Below are positions 20,913 to 31,405 of a DNA stretch of 64,000 nt, one piece after another; positions within the stretch are counted from its first letter, which is position 1, and each line of letters begins with the position of its first letter. The translations under genes were made by a program, and so were the position numbers. This DNA comes from Candidatus Latescibacterota bacterium. GTDB lineage: Bacteria > Latescibacterota > UBA2968 > GCA-2709665. The notes under the pieces are model-generated. The model did not search any database. It worked only from the letters and a program-made list of their open reading frames with translations, and was not told where the DNA came from. The stretch spans positions 5,504,001 through 5,568,000 of the forward strand of contig OZ244744.1 of assembly GCA_965219455.1 (NCBI GenBank), written 5' to 3'.

Positions 20913-22004
20913 TCATACGTTGAAGAGGAATCGAATGACGTCGCCGTCCTGAACGGCGTAATGTCTGCCTTCCGCGCGCATCCTGCCCGTTTCACGCAAC
21001 CCTGCGATGCTGCCGGCAGCCAGGACGTCCTGGTAGGCGGCAACTTCCGCCCGGATGAACCCTCGCTCGATGTCCGAGTGAATCCTTCCCGCGGCGTCAG
21101 GAGCCCGCATTCCCTCAAGGACTTCCCAGGCCTGCAGTTTATCGTTTGCGGTGGTATAGAAAGTAATCAGCCCCAACAGGGCGTAGCCCGCACGAATCAG
21201 CAGGTTCACGCCGGGCTGTTTCAACCCCATGTCCGCAACAAAGGCCGTCCGGTCGGCGGGCGGTAACTCGGCCACCTCCGCCTCAATCTGCGCCGCCAGC
21301 GGAAGCACCCTGTCGGCGCCGACCAACGCCCGCAACCGGGCCGTTCGGACGCCCCCGTCCGGCAGGTCCGCCTCCGGAACGTTCGTTACGTACAAGACGG
21401 GTTTGGCGGTGAGAAAATTAAAGGGTCTCAGGGCCTCCAATTGCGCTTCCGGCAGGTCCTGTTCTCTTATTGGCAGAGACCGTCCCAGCCCTTCGATGGC
21501 TTTTCTCAAGGCTTCGTGTGCAAAGCGTTCCGGGGCGCGGGGATTTGAACGCAGAACTTTTTCGAGTCGGCGCGCGATCCCTTCCGCCGATTCGAGATCG
21601 GCCAATTCCAGTTCGGCTTCGACGGTTTTGACGTCCCGCACCGGATCCACGCCGCCTTCCACGTGCGGTACATTCTCGTTCTCGTAGCAGCGAACCACAT
21701 GAACCAGCGCGTCGACCTCCCGAATCCGCGCCAGAAACAGGTTGCCCAGGCCCTCGCCACGACTGGCGCCCCGAACCAGGCCGGCAATATCCACAAAGTG
21801 AACGAATGCGGGGACACAGGCCGCAGGTCCAAGCAGTTCATTCAGCCGTTGCAGGCGCTCGTCCGGTACTTCCACGACACCAACATTTGGTTCGACGGTA
21901 CAAAAGGGATAGTTCGACGCTTCGACACCGGCCAGGGTGAGCGCATTGAACAGGGTCGACTTGCCCACGTTTGGCAGGCCGATAATGCCGATATGCAGGG
22001 CCAT
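20913..22004 (-). CDS. ychF: Redox-regulated ATPase YchF
   Basis: GLPNVGKST, NYPFCT, DIAGLV, IHSDIERGFIRAE, TGS domain. Confidence 0.95.
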   Translation of the reverse strand: MALHIGIIGLPNVGKSTLFNALTLAGVEASNYPFCTVEPNVGVVEVPDERLQRLNELLGPAACVPAFVHFVDIAGLVRGASRGEGLGNLFLARIREVDALVHVVRCYENENVPHVEGGVDPVRDVKTVEAELELADLESAEGIARRLEKVLRSNPRAPERFAHEALRKAIEGLGRSLPIREQDLPEAQLEALRPFNFLTAKPVLYVTNVPEADLPDGGVRTARLRALVGADRVLPLAAQIEAEVAELPPADRTAFVADMGLKQPGVNLLIRAGYALLGLITFYTTANDKLQAWEVLEGMRAPDAAGRIHSDIERGFIRAEVAAYQDVLAAGSIAGLRETGRMRAEGRHYAVQDGDVIRFLFNV

Positions 22005-22184
22005 ACTTGCCGGCAGGTTACGTCAGACCTATGTGTGTCTGACAAAGAAACAGCCAGCGGCTCGTGTTCTGTCCCGGAAATAGACTGCCTGAATTCGGCC
22101 GACGAGTCGCCCGAATGGTGACATATTTCTGGGACGGGACACTAGAGGTAAACCGCTGGCCGACAGAGGCTTGACCAATAATAG

Positions 22185-22451
22185 TTAAAGGCCGCCGCTA
22201 ATGGCGGTGACAAAGTGGACCTCGCTCTCTCCCGCTACAAGCTGACGCATCCCGTCGTTGCTTACAACACCGTCGATGGCAACCGCCAGACCGGGCTTGA
22301 TGCGGCCTTCGTCGCAGATCCGCTCCTTGATTCCCGGAAACCTTGCCTCGAGGTTCTCGATAACCTCCCGAATCGTCTGTCCGGGTACGTGAACCTGCTC
22401 CTGACCGTTGGTCAGACGACGCATCAGCGACGGTATCCAGACCTCCGGCAT
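22185..22451 (-). CDS. MoaD/ThiS-family sulfur carrier
   Basis: Ubiquitin-like size with C-terminal AISGG(L). Confidence 0.85.
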   Translation of the reverse strand: MPEVWIPSLMRRLTNGQEQVHVPGQTIREVIENLEARFPGIKERICDEGRIKPGLAVAIDGVVSNDGMRQLVAGESEVHFVTAISGGL

Positions 22452-22454
22452 GGG

Positions 22455-24758
22455 TCACCCCCTCCCGTTGCCCCCGCCGTTGTTGTTAAAGAGTGTCTTC
22501 AGAACGCGCCCGGGAGACATGGGCAGGTCACGCAAACGCACCCCCACTGCGTGGTAGATCGCATTCGCCACAGCGGCAGGCGGCGGAACTATCGGCACCT
22601 CGCCCACACCTCGCACCCCGTACGGGTGTCCGGGGTTGGGCACCTCCACAATCAGTGTCTCGATCATCGGCAGATCCAGGCAGGTGGGCATCCGGTAGTC
22701 CAGCAGGCTGGCGTTAACCAGGTCGCCCTTGTCGTTGTAGTAGTATTCTTCGTTCAATGCCCATCCGATACCCTGCGCCACCCCTCCCTGCATCTGTCCT
22801 TCCACGTAGGCGGGATGTATGGCTTTGCCCGCATCCTGTACGATGGTGACCCTGAGAATGTCAACCTTGCCGGTTTCAGGATCGACTTCCACGTCCACGA
22901 CCATGACGGCGTAGGCCGGCCCCGCCTCCTTTCCCGACACTGCCGCACGCCCGACCACAGGACCGCCCGTCGCACCCAACTTACCCGCCAGTTCCGTGAA
23001 AGAAATTGCTTTTTCGGGGTCCGATCTGGATTTGAATTCACCGCCCTCAAAGACCACGTCGTCCTCTGATATCTCCCACAGTCTGGCCGCCCTGGCGACC
23101 ATCTGGCGTTTGGCGTCCTCCGCCGCCTCGTAACCGGCCCACCCCGTGGCAAAAGTCACGCGGCTCCCTCCGGTACCGTCCGTCTGCCCGATGGCATCGG
23201 TATCCACCACCATGGGTTTCACCTGCGCGGCGGGGATGCCAAGCACCTCGGCAACCTGCATCGCAATGGACGTCCGCGTGCCCCCGATATCGGGCGAACC
23301 CTCGACCAGACTGACCGTGCCGTCGGCATTGACGCTGACCACAACCGTGGAGGTGCCGCCCCCGTTGAACCAGAACCCGGAAGCCACACCGCGACCCCGA
23401 TTGGGCCCTTCGAGTGTGGATTGGTAATGTTCTGATGCCATAGCGGCCTTCACGCATTCATCGTGGCCGATCCTGGGAAAAACGGGACCGTCGGCCCGCC
23501 TGCTGCCTTCCATGGCGGAGTTCTTCAGGCGAAACTCGAGCGGATCCGTGTCTAGAATCTCGCAGATCTCGTCGATCACCGACTCTGCGGCGAAAGCGCC
23601 ATTGGTTGCCCCGGGGGCGCGGTATGCAGAGGTCTGTGGTTTGTTGACGACCACGTCGTACCCGTCGATGACCACGTTGGGAATGTCGTACGGAGAAAAG
23701 ATGCAGCCGGCGCCGGCGCCCACGGGTGATCCTGGATAGGCCCCGGCCTCGTAGGCCAGATACGCCTGCGCGGCAACCAGCTTGCCGTCGTTTGTGGCGC
23801 CCATCTTCACCTTCATATAGGAACCCGGAGTGGGGCCCGTCGCTTTTAAGACTTCGGTCCGGCTCATCACCATCTTTACGGGCTTGCCGGTCATTCGGGA
23901 CATCAACGCGGCCGTCGGTTCCTGGTAGACTCGGAACTTGCCCCCGAAACCACCGCCGATCTCTGCGGGTACCACCCGCACGTTCGAAGCGGGCACACCC
24001 ACCACGTCGGCAACCTGGCCGCGAACCTCGAACGTTCCCTGCGTGCTGGTCCAGATCGTGATCTGACCGTCCAGATTCCAGTGGGCGGTCACGTTGTGGG
24101 GTTCGATATAGCCCTGGTGCACCGTCTGGGTGCTGAACTCCCTCTCGACGACGACATCCGCTTCCTCGAATCCCCTATCGATGTTGCCCAGGGAATGCTG
24201 GAAATGACTGGCGATATTTCCCGGTTTATCGGTCGCTTGACCCAGGGACTTCATCTTCAACGACTCGTGCAGGAGGGGTGCGCCGGCTTCCATGGCGGGA
24301 CGGACGTCCATCACAGGATCCAAGACTTCGTATTCGACGTGGATAAGTGCGAGGGCCTCTTCGGCGATATGCGCAGACGTGGCGGCCACCGCCGCGACCG
24401 CATGGCCCTCGTAAAGTACCTTGCCGGAAGCCAATACATTTGTAACCAGGTGTGGCAGGCTAACGGACCCCTCCCCGATGTCGGCCACCTTGTCTTCGTA
24501 GTGTTGCGCGAGGTCGGCGCCCGTCATCACGGCCTTCACGCCCGCGAGGGCTTCGGCCGCGCGCGTATCGATGGACAGAATATGGGCGTGCGCGTGCGGG
24601 CTGCGGAGAGTCTTTCCGATCAACACGCCGGACGTGTGCGTATCCGCACCGTACTTCGCACGGCCCGTTACCTTATCCATGCCATCGTGGCGAATCGGTC
24701 GCGTTCCCACAACACGGTAGTTTTCAACGCCAAGATAGTCTTCGGTCTTTGTCGCCAT
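22455..24758 (-). CDS. Xanthine dehydrogenase-family Mo-binding large subunit (copy 2)
   Basis: GGGFGGK, AYRAPG, VEGQMQGG, GVRGVGE; start set at ATG 24758. Confidence 0.9.
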   Translation of the reverse strand: MATKTEDYLGVENYRVVGTRPIRHDGMDKVTGRAKYGADTHTSGVLIGKTLRSPHAHAHILSIDTRAAEALAGVKAVMTGADLAQHYEDKVADIGEGSVSLPHLVTNVLASGKVLYEGHAVAAVAATSAHIAEEALALIHVEYEVLDPVMDVRPAMEAGAPLLHESLKMKSLGQATDKPGNIASHFQHSLGNIDRGFEEADVVVEREFSTQTVHQGYIEPHNVTAHWNLDGQITIWTSTQGTFEVRGQVADVVGVPASNVRVVPAEIGGGFGGKFRVYQEPTAALMSRMTGKPVKMVMSRTEVLKATGPTPGSYMKVKMGATNDGKLVAAQAYLAYEAGAYPGSPVGAGAGCIFSPYDIPNVVIDGYDVVVNKPQTSAYRAPGATNGAFAAESVIDEICEILDTDPLEFRLKNSAMEGSRRADGPVFPRIGHDECVKAAMASEHYQSTLEGPNRGRGVASGFWFNGGGTSTVVVSVNADGTVSLVEGSPDIGGTRTSIAMQVAEVLGIPAAQVKPMVVDTDAIGQTDGTGGSRVTFATGWAGYEAAEDAKRQMVARAARLWEISEDDVVFEGGEFKSRSDPEKAISFTELAGKLGATGGPVVGRAAVSGKEAGPAYAVMVVDVEVDPETGKVDILRVTIVQDAGKAIHPAYVEGQMQGGVAQGIGWALNEEYYYNDKGDLVNASLLDYRMPTCLDLPMIETLIVEVPNPGHPYGVRGVGEVPIVPPPAAVANAIYHAVGVRLRDLPMSPGRVLKTLFNNNGGGNGRG

Positions 24759-24820
24759 TTTGATCTGATCTCCGGAAATTAACGCGCGGCGTCGCTCTTT
24801 GGGCACGCGCACGGTGTCCC

Positions 24821-27100
24821 TTATGTACCATTTTTATTCCACATTGCCTTCAGGACGTTGCCTGGAGACATCGGCAACACGTTCATCCGAACGCCCGCAG
24901 CGCGGTAGATGGCATTGGCCAGCGCCGCCGGGGGCGGCACAATGGGCACCTCTCCGACGCCGCGCACCCCGTAGGGATGGCCGGGATTGGGCACTTCCAC
25001 AATGATGGTTTCGATCATGGGAAGGTCCAGGCAGGTCGGCATCCGGTAATCGAGAAGGCTGGCATTGGTCAACTCGCCCTTCTCGTTGTACCAGTACTCT
25101 TCGTTCAGTCCCCATCCGATTCCCTGAGCCGCGCCCCCCTGCATCTGGCCCTCGACGTAAGCGGGATGAATGGCCTTGCCGGCATCCTGCACCATGGTCA
25201 CCCTCTGAATATCGACTTTGCCCGTTTCCGGGTCGGTCTCTATGTCCGCAATCATCAGCGAGAAAGCCCCCCCAACCCCTTGCGGATCCACCGTCGCACG
25301 CCCGACAACCGGCCCACCCGTCTCGTTAAGATTCCCTGCCAATTCCTTGAACATCAGTGACTTTGATGGGTCGGACCTGGACTTGAACGTGCCATCCTCA
25401 AAAGCCACGTCGTCCGGGGAGATCTCCCAGTACTTCGCTGCTCGATCGACCATTTGCGCAACGATATCCTGCGCCGCGTTGTAGGCAGCCCAGCCCGTTG
25501 CGAACGTGACCCGGCTGCCGCCGGTCACGTCGGTCTCCCCCACGCCGTCGGTATCGGCCACGACGGGATTGACGTCTTCCGCCGGAATCCCCAGTGCCTC
25601 GGCGAGTTGCATGGCGACCGAGGTTCTCGTGCCGCCGATATCCGTGGAGCCTTCCACCAGGCTTACGGTGCCGTCGGTATTCACCGACGCGCACGCGCTG
25701 GACTTGAGCCCCACGTTGAACCAGAAGCCCGAGGCCACCCCCCGGCCCCGGTTTTTGCCCTTCAGAGGCGCGTTGTAGTGGTCGCTTTCCATCGCCGCCT
25801 TCAAGACCTCTACGTGGCCAATACGGGGAAACGTGGGTCCGTCCGCACGTCGTGTACCCTCTTTTGACGTGTTTTTCATTCGGAACTCGAGGGGGTCCTC
25901 GCCCAGCCTCTCGCAAAGCTCGTCTACAATGGTCTCGGAGGCGAAGGCCGCGTTCGTGGCCCCCGGGGCCCTATAGGCCATCGTCTGCGGCTTATTCACG
26001 ACGACATTGTACCCGTCGATGGTCACGTTTTCAATGTCGTATGGTGCGAAAATACACATCGCGCCGGGTTCGGCCCACGCTCCGGCGAATCCGCCGGACT
26101 CGTAGGCCAGGTAGGCCTCGGCGGCCACGAGTTTCCCGTCGTTCGTCGCCCCCATCTTCACCCGTATGTATGACCCGGGCGTCGGCCCCGTGGCCTTGAT
26201 TACCTCGTCGCGGCTCATGACCATTTTAACGGGCAGGCCCGATTTTCTGGACAGAATCGCGGCGACGGGCTCCAGGTAAACCCTGATTTTCCCGCCAAAA
26301 CCCCCGCCGATTTCGGTGGGGACCACCCGGACGTTCACGGGCGACATCTGCAGCAGGCCCGCCAGTTGCTCGCGCACCGTGAACGATCCCTGAGTGCTGC
26401 ACCAGACGATTAACCGGCCATCCGGGTTCCAGAGCGCCGTGGCATTCTGCGGTTCGATGTAACCCTGGTGTACGGTGTCCGTGAAAAACTCCTTCTCGAT
26501 CACCAAATCCGCCTCGGCGAAGCCCTTCTCGATGTCTCCCAGTTTATGCTGAAAGTGCGTGGCGATATTGCTCGGCGTGCCCGTATCTTCGCCCAACGAT
26601 TGCGTCGTCAGTGTGTCGTGCAGACGCGGGGACTCCGGCTTCATGGCCTCCCGCACGTCCAGCAGCGGCTCCAGGACTTCGTATTCCACTTCTATAAGCC
26701 CGAGCGCCTCCTCAGCAATGTGGGGACTCGTAGCCGCCACAGCAGCCACTGCATGGCCGTCGTAGACCACCTTACCATCGGCCAGCACGTTTGCCCGCAG
26801 GTCCAGCATATTGGCAGCGCCCTCACCAAGGTCCTCGACCTTGTCTTCCGGCACGGGTATATCGGCAACCGTGGCCACTGCCTTCACTCCGTGGAACGAT
26901 TCGGCCTTGACGGTGTCGATTGAGACAATGCGCGCGTGGGCGTGCGGACTTCGTAACACCTTGCCGTAGATCATGCCGGACATTTGTACATCGGCTCCGT
27001 AAATAGCCCGTCCGGTGACCTTGTCCACCCCATCGTGTCTGATGGGCCGCGTGCCGAGCACTTTGTACTCTTTAATGCCGAGAAAATCTTCGCCTGGCAT
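24821..27100 (-). CDS. Xanthine dehydrogenase-family Mo-binding large subunit (copy 1)
   Basis: Same motifs; paralog of the downstream gene. Confidence 0.9.
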   Translation of the reverse strand: MPGEDFLGIKEYKVLGTRPIRHDGVDKVTGRAIYGADVQMSGMIYGKVLRSPHAHARIVSIDTVKAESFHGVKAVATVADIPVPEDKVEDLGEGAANMLDLRANVLADGKVVYDGHAVAAVAATSPHIAEEALGLIEVEYEVLEPLLDVREAMKPESPRLHDTLTTQSLGEDTGTPSNIATHFQHKLGDIEKGFAEADLVIEKEFFTDTVHQGYIEPQNATALWNPDGRLIVWCSTQGSFTVREQLAGLLQMSPVNVRVVPTEIGGGFGGKIRVYLEPVAAILSRKSGLPVKMVMSRDEVIKATGPTPGSYIRVKMGATNDGKLVAAEAYLAYESGGFAGAWAEPGAMCIFAPYDIENVTIDGYNVVVNKPQTMAYRAPGATNAAFASETIVDELCERLGEDPLEFRMKNTSKEGTRRADGPTFPRIGHVEVLKAAMESDHYNAPLKGKNRGRGVASGFWFNVGLKSSACASVNTDGTVSLVEGSTDIGGTRTSVAMQLAEALGIPAEDVNPVVADTDGVGETDVTGGSRVTFATGWAAYNAAQDIVAQMVDRAAKYWEISPDDVAFEDGTFKSRSDPSKSLMFKELAGNLNETGGPVVGRATVDPQGVGGAFSLMIADIETDPETGKVDIQRVTMVQDAGKAIHPAYVEGQMQGGAAQGIGWGLNEEYWYNEKGELTNASLLDYRMPTCLDLPMIETIIVEVPNPGHPYGVRGVGEVPIVPPPAALANAIYRAAGVRMNVLPMSPGNVLKAMWNKNGT

Positions 27101-27582
27101 CAGACCTTCTCCTTCAACGTCCCCGCGGTGTCCATCACCGCTCTGACGATTTTATCGTATCCCGTGCACCGGCAAAGATTCCCCGCCAGCCACAGGCGAA
27201 TCCGGTGCTCGTCGGGTTCCGGTTCCCGGTCCAGCAGCGCCTTCGCCGCCACGATGAATCCGGGCGTACAAACCCCGCACTGAAGGGCCGCATGCTCCAG
27301 GAATTTCTGCTGTAGGGGATGCAGCCCCTCCGCGGTGGCCACCCCCTCGATCGTGGTGATGCCGCATCCCTCCGCCTCAACGCCCAGCGCCAGACAGGAG
27401 TTGATTACGCGACCGTCTACGATCACGCTGCAGGCGCCACAGTTGCCGTTGCCGCAACCCTCCTTGGAGCCGGTGAGACCCAGGTTGTCGCGAAGCACCT
27501 CCAGCAACGTATCCCGGGGTTCACACAGAAATTCCGTTTCTTCTCCGTTAATTGTTGTTGTCACATGAACTTTACCAGCCAT
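27100..27582 (-). CDS. (2Fe-2S) small subunit (CoxS/XdhC-like)
   Basis: GCGNGNCGAC, QCGVCTPG, NLCRCTGY. Confidence 0.93.
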   Translation of the reverse strand: MAGKVHVTTTINGEETEFLCEPRDTLLEVLRDNLGLTGSKEGCGNGNCGACSVIVDGRVINSCLALGVEAEGCGITTIEGVATAEGLHPLQQKFLEHAALQCGVCTPGFIVAAKALLDREPEPDEHRIRLWLAGNLCRCTGYDKIVRAVMDTAGTLKEKV

Positions 27583-27634
27583 TGTATCCGGACTCCTTTT
27601 TTTCGTATGAGCAGGAGATTAAAGACCCGTAGAT

Positions 27635-28504
27635 TTATCTTGCGCGTTCAACCGCGCCGCGGACTGCACGCCGGGTCAATACCCCCGTCAGATGTTTCCG
27701 CTGCTCAATGGTCCCGCGCATATCCGTAATGGGTGTGGCGGATTGCCGAGCGATCTCGGCTGCCAATTCGATTGTTTGATCCGAGACCTCGTTACCGGCA
27801 AGGGCGGCCCCCGCGTCGGGCAGGTAAAGAGGGATGGGCGCCACCGCGCCCACGGCGATTCGGGCGGACTCGAACGCGTTCTTCTCGGCGTTCAACACCA
27901 CGGACGCCGCGGCGTTGACAACGGCGATATCCATTTCGTTCCGGGGAATGAAGCGGAGAAAATACGCCCCGGAGTTCGCTGCGGGAGGAGGAAAATGGAC
28001 GGACACCAGGAACTCGCCGTCCTGCAACACGGATTGCCCGGGAGCCGTGCAGAAGCCCTCCACATCGACCTCTCGACGACCGCCGGGTCCGGCGATTTTC
28101 GCGGTGGCCCCCAGGACGATCAGCGTGGGTATGGTGTCTGCCGCCGGGGACGCATTACACAGGTTTCCGCCGATGGTCGCCCGACCCTGGATCTGAATGG
28201 AGCCGATGAGTGCCGTCGAATCCACGAGCGCCGGGTAATTTGACGCCACATCCTCGTTTTCGTAGATGTCGCAACAGGACACCCCGGCGCCGATTGTCAA
28301 CCCGTGTTGAGAATCGAACGAGAGTTCGTTCGCCTCAAGTATTTTCTTGACGTCCACCAGCACTTTCACCTGGCGTCGTCCCTCTTTCATCTGTGCAATA
28401 ATGTCGGAACCGCCCGCCAGCATCCTGGCATGCGAGCCGTTTTCCGAAAGCACGGCGACGGCTTCGTCGACGGTTTGAGGCGCTACGTAATCGAACGCTT
28501 GCAA
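27635..28504 (-). CDS. FAD-binding medium subunit (CoxM/XdhB-like)
   Basis: AGGSD, ATIGGNLCNASPAAD; TTG 28504 preceded by AGGAGG. Confidence 0.9.
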   Translation of the reverse strand: MQAFDYVAPQTVDEAVAVLSENGSHARMLAGGSDIIAQMKEGRRQVKVLVDVKKILEANELSFDSQHGLTIGAGVSCCDIYENEDVASNYPALVDSTALIGSIQIQGRATIGGNLCNASPAADTIPTLIVLGATAKIAGPGGRREVDVEGFCTAPGQSVLQDGEFLVSVHFPPPAANSGAYFLRFIPRNEMDIAVVNAAASVVLNAEKNAFESARIAVGAVAPIPLYLPDAGAALAGNEVSDQTIELAAEIARQSATPITDMRGTIEQRKHLTGVLTRRAVRGAVERAR

Positions 28505-28582
28505 GGTTCGTTCCTCCTGTACGATGTTGGGGGATCTCCCGGCAGCAAAATACAACCTGAATAGACCTTGGGATTGGGGGTA

Positions 28583-28611
28583 AGAATACGCTTTCGTCGG
28601 CGTGTTGTCAA
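28583..28611 (-). promoter_or_regulatory. Sigma70-like promoter of the molybdenum hydroxylase operon
   Basis: TTGACA-17 nt-TATTCT on the minus strand. Confidence 0.55.
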
Positions 28612-28705
28612 GGGTTTTCGGGGTGCCTTCCGCATCCGCCTTGCCCCCCGCTTCCCCCCGCCCAAGACCCGTTTTTCGGCGCGACTCGATACGATCCGGG
28701 GCGCC

Positions 28706-29743
28706 TCAAGCCGCGGGGATATCCGCTTTCGGCCGCCTTGCGCACAGAACGGTGTATCCCTGACGGGATCCCAGCCGTTCCACCGTGCCGAACGACCGGT
28801 TCATCTGCTTACGGTACATGCCCGGACGCATGGCCACAACCACGAATCTTCCGTGGGATTCCAGATGTCGGGCGGCACCTTGAGTAAACAGCCTGGCCGT
28901 TGCGGTACCCTGATGGGTGGGCGCGTTGCACAGGATGAGATCAAAGGACCGTCCTGAAGTGGCTTCAAAACCGTCGCTGAGGGCGACCCGTGCGTTCACC
29001 AGGCGGTTGCGAGCGACGTTTCGCCTCGCGCATCGAACCGCCAGAAGGTCGGAATCCAGCAGCAGGACCGCGCGCGCGCGTTGCGCGGCCGCGATGCCGA
29101 TCGCACCGAACCCGCATCCCAGGTCGAGCACACGATCCTGCGCCTTGACGTCGGCCGTTTCAATCAGAAATCGAGTGCCGTGGTCGAGGCCACAGCTCGA
29201 GAATACGCCTGCGCACGACTCAAATGCGCCGGCGACTCCGCAAAGGTCGTTCACGACGAACGAATGCACCGGGTTTACCGGACCCGCGCCGGGTGCGGCG
29301 CACACCTTGTTCGACCGGTAGATCCGAAAACCCGATTTCGCCGTCACCTTCTCAACCCGCCCGAAAACCGCTTTCAACCGGTTCCGATAGCTCTTCACAC
29401 CGGCATCCAGCCGTCCCGCCATCAGAAACCGGCCGTGAATCGCCATTTTCTGAAACGCCGCGTCGATGAGTTGGAACACGCGTGCCTTGGCCTCCCACCG
29501 CGTGGGAGCGTAGAGCACGACGTTGACACAAGGGATGGTGACGTCTGCGGGCGAGGCCTCGAGCCAGGCGCACGCATTGCCCAACCTTCGGCGCCGGATG
29601 ATGTCCTCACATAATCTCACCGCCAGCAGATCGGAACTCACAAAGTGGATCCCGGCGGCGCTCAGGTCATGCCCTACGGGTACGCCGGCCATACCCAGGT
29701 CCAGAACACGTTCGTGTGTCCGGACCGCCGCGGCCGCCAGCAA
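28706..29743 (-). CDS. RsmC/RlmG-like SAM-dependent methyltransferase
   Basis: Duplicated MTase fold, GVFS..GLD.GT, VLDLGCGFG, NAPTH; start uncertain. Confidence 0.75.
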   Translation of the reverse strand: MLAAAAVRTHERVLDLGMAGVPVGHDLSAAGIHFVSSDLLAVRLCEDIIRRRRLGNACAWLEASPADVTIPCVNVVLYAPTRWEAKARVFQLIDAAFQKMAIHGRFLMAGRLDAGVKSYRNRLKAVFGRVEKVTAKSGFRIYRSNKVCAAPGAGPVNPVHSFVVNDLCGVAGAFESCAGVFSSCGLDHGTRFLIETADVKAQDRVLDLGCGFGAIGIAAAQRARAVLLLDSDLLAVRCARRNVARNRLVNARVALSDGFEATSGRSFDLILCNAPTHQGTATARLFTQGAARHLESHGRFVVVAMRPGMYRKQMNRSFGTVERLGSRQGYTVLCARRPKADIPAA

Positions 29744-29815
29744 CGCAGACGCTTCCCGACCATGGGGTTTGCGCGAACTTCCGATCAGTCTTTCCTTCCG
29801 AATTCGCTACACGAC

Positions 29816-29844
29816 TTGACAACAGGACGTGGGGCATTTACATT
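29816..29844 (+). promoter_or_regulatory. Sigma70-like promoter of the TA operon
   Basis: TTGACA-17 nt-TACATT about 40 bp upstream of the antitoxin start. Confidence 0.6.
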
Positions 29845-29884
29845 AAGGCTAGACCGTCCAGATTGATACAGAGGAGGAAAGCCG

Positions 29885-30136
29885 ATGAGTGCAAGTTGGG
29901 CACTGCAGGATGCCAAGAATCGATTGAGCGAAGTGGTGAACAACGCTGTCCGTGAAGGCCCGCAGACGATCACACGCAGAGGCAAAGAAACGGCCGTGGT
30001 GATCTCCATGGAAGATTTTCGGCAACTGACGACCTCTCCGGGCTCTCTGGTCTCCTTTTTCCGCAAGTCCCCCCTGGCAGGAGTGGGCCTGGACCTGGAA
30101 AGGAATCAGGATGACGGCCGGGAGGTGATTCTATGA
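29885..30136 (+). CDS. Phd/YefM-family antitoxin
   Basis: WALQDAKNRLSEVV...GPQTITRRGKETAVVIS; overlaps the toxin start. Confidence 0.9.
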   Translation: MSASWALQDAKNRLSEVVNNAVREGPQTITRRGKETAVVISMEDFRQLTTSPGSLVSFFRKSPLAGVGLDLERNQDDGREVIL

Positions 30137-30549
30137 GATATCTGCTGGACACCTGCGTCATTTCGGAACTCGTTAAAAAAAGGCCCTCCAGTAAGGTCAC
30201 GCAATGGCTGGAACAACAGGAGGAGCTTTCACTGTTTCTGAGCGCCATTTCCTTCGGCGAGTTACATAAAGGGATCGGCCGATTGCAGGCGGGGCGGAAA
30301 CAGCGAGAACTTCATGAGTGGGTCGAAGGGCACCTGGGCAGGCGATTTACAGGACGAATTCTGGACATCGATCGGGAAGTTGCCGTCCGATGGGGCGAGA
30401 TTTCGGCAGCGGCGGAAGGTGCCGGGCGGGCCGTGCCCGTCCTCGACGGCCTGCTGGCAGCAACCGCCTTGATTTCAGGTCTGACATTTGTGACGCGAAA
30501 CACGGACCACGTTCAGGCAACCGGTGTTCCTCTGTTCAATCCCTGGTAG
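30133..30549 (+). CDS. vapC: VapC PIN-domain toxin
   Basis: YLLDTCVISE, GEL, DGLLAATA, VTRN. Confidence 0.92.
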   Translation: MRYLLDTCVISELVKKRPSSKVTQWLEQQEELSLFLSAISFGELHKGIGRLQAGRKQRELHEWVEGHLGRRFTGRILDIDREVAVRWGEISAAAEGAGRAVPVLDGLLAATALISGLTFVTRNTDHVQATGVPLFNPW

Positions 30550-30586
30550 ACGAAATGCATCCATCAGTGTGGGTCGGGCGGCAAGT

Positions 30587-31405
30587 TCACCCGCTGCGTT
30601 TCAGACGACCCGTCCGCTTGGCGTAGACCTCCGCGAGGTGAAAAACCCAGAGCCCCAGGGGGACCATGATTGCGCCCGACACCACCAGAATAATGAGATC
30701 GCCCTGCACGTCGGCCACGCTGGCGTTGTTCAGCAGGGCCGCCCGGATGGACCGAAGCGCATAGGTCCCGGGCGAAAAGGTCGATAGTGGCCGCAGCCAG
30801 TCGGGCAGAACCGATACATCGTAGTACACCCCTGAAATCAGCAGCACCAGCGTGCCGAATATATCGGTGGCCCGGGCACCTTTCTCCGGCGAAAGAAGCG
30901 GAAATACGGCCGCCATGAGCCCCATTCCCAGGAATGACAGACTGGCCGTGGCCAGGACGGTAACCGCCGTCGTCAGATTCGCATCCGAAAGGCTTAGATC
31001 GAAAAAAAACACCGCTGAAACGAGAACCACACCGGATCTGAGAAACCCGTAAATGATCGCATACACGCATTGACCGGCAAGGTGTGTCAGCCTGTAGACA
31101 GGTGACATAAATGTGTATTCGATGGTCCCTTCCCAACGCTCCCATGCGACGGCGTCGGCCACTTCGAAGAAGAGCAGTCGAAGAAAGTTCCACAGCACGG
31201 CACCCACGATCAGAAAAAGCACCGCCTCGCGTACCTTTACCGGGTCGTTTCCGCCCATATACACGCCGATCAAACCGATGGTAAGCGCATGCACCACGTT
31301 CCAGACCACGAAAATCAGTTCCCAGCTTGCATACCGCCTGGCCAGGTTGAAATTCCGCTCGATAAACGCTACCGACGCTCTGATCTCCGCGATCACCGAG
31401 TTCAT
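30587..31405 (-). CDS. ABC-2 type transporter permease
   Basis: Six TMs, WERWEGTIE, SGVYY..LP; start at ATG 31405 overlapping the ATPase stop. Confidence 0.85.
   Translation of the reverse strand: MNSVIAEIRASVAFIERNFNLARRYASWELIFVVWNVVHALTIGLIGVYMGGNDPVKVREAVLFLIVGAVLWNFLRLLFFEVADAVAWERWEGTIEYTFMSPVYRLTHLAGQCVYAIIYGFLRSGVVLVSAVFFFDLSLSDANLTTAVTVLATASLSFLGMGLMAAVFPLLSPEKGARATDIFGTLVLLISGVYYDVSVLPDWLRPLSTFSPGTYALRSIRAALLNNASVADVQGDLIILVVSGAIMVPLGLWVFHLAEVYAKRTGRLKRSG

Noticed and set aside
22455-27100. Aerobic CO dehydrogenase CoxL
   Set aside because: The active-site loop is AYRAPG, not AYxCSFR (form I) or AYRGAGR (form II)
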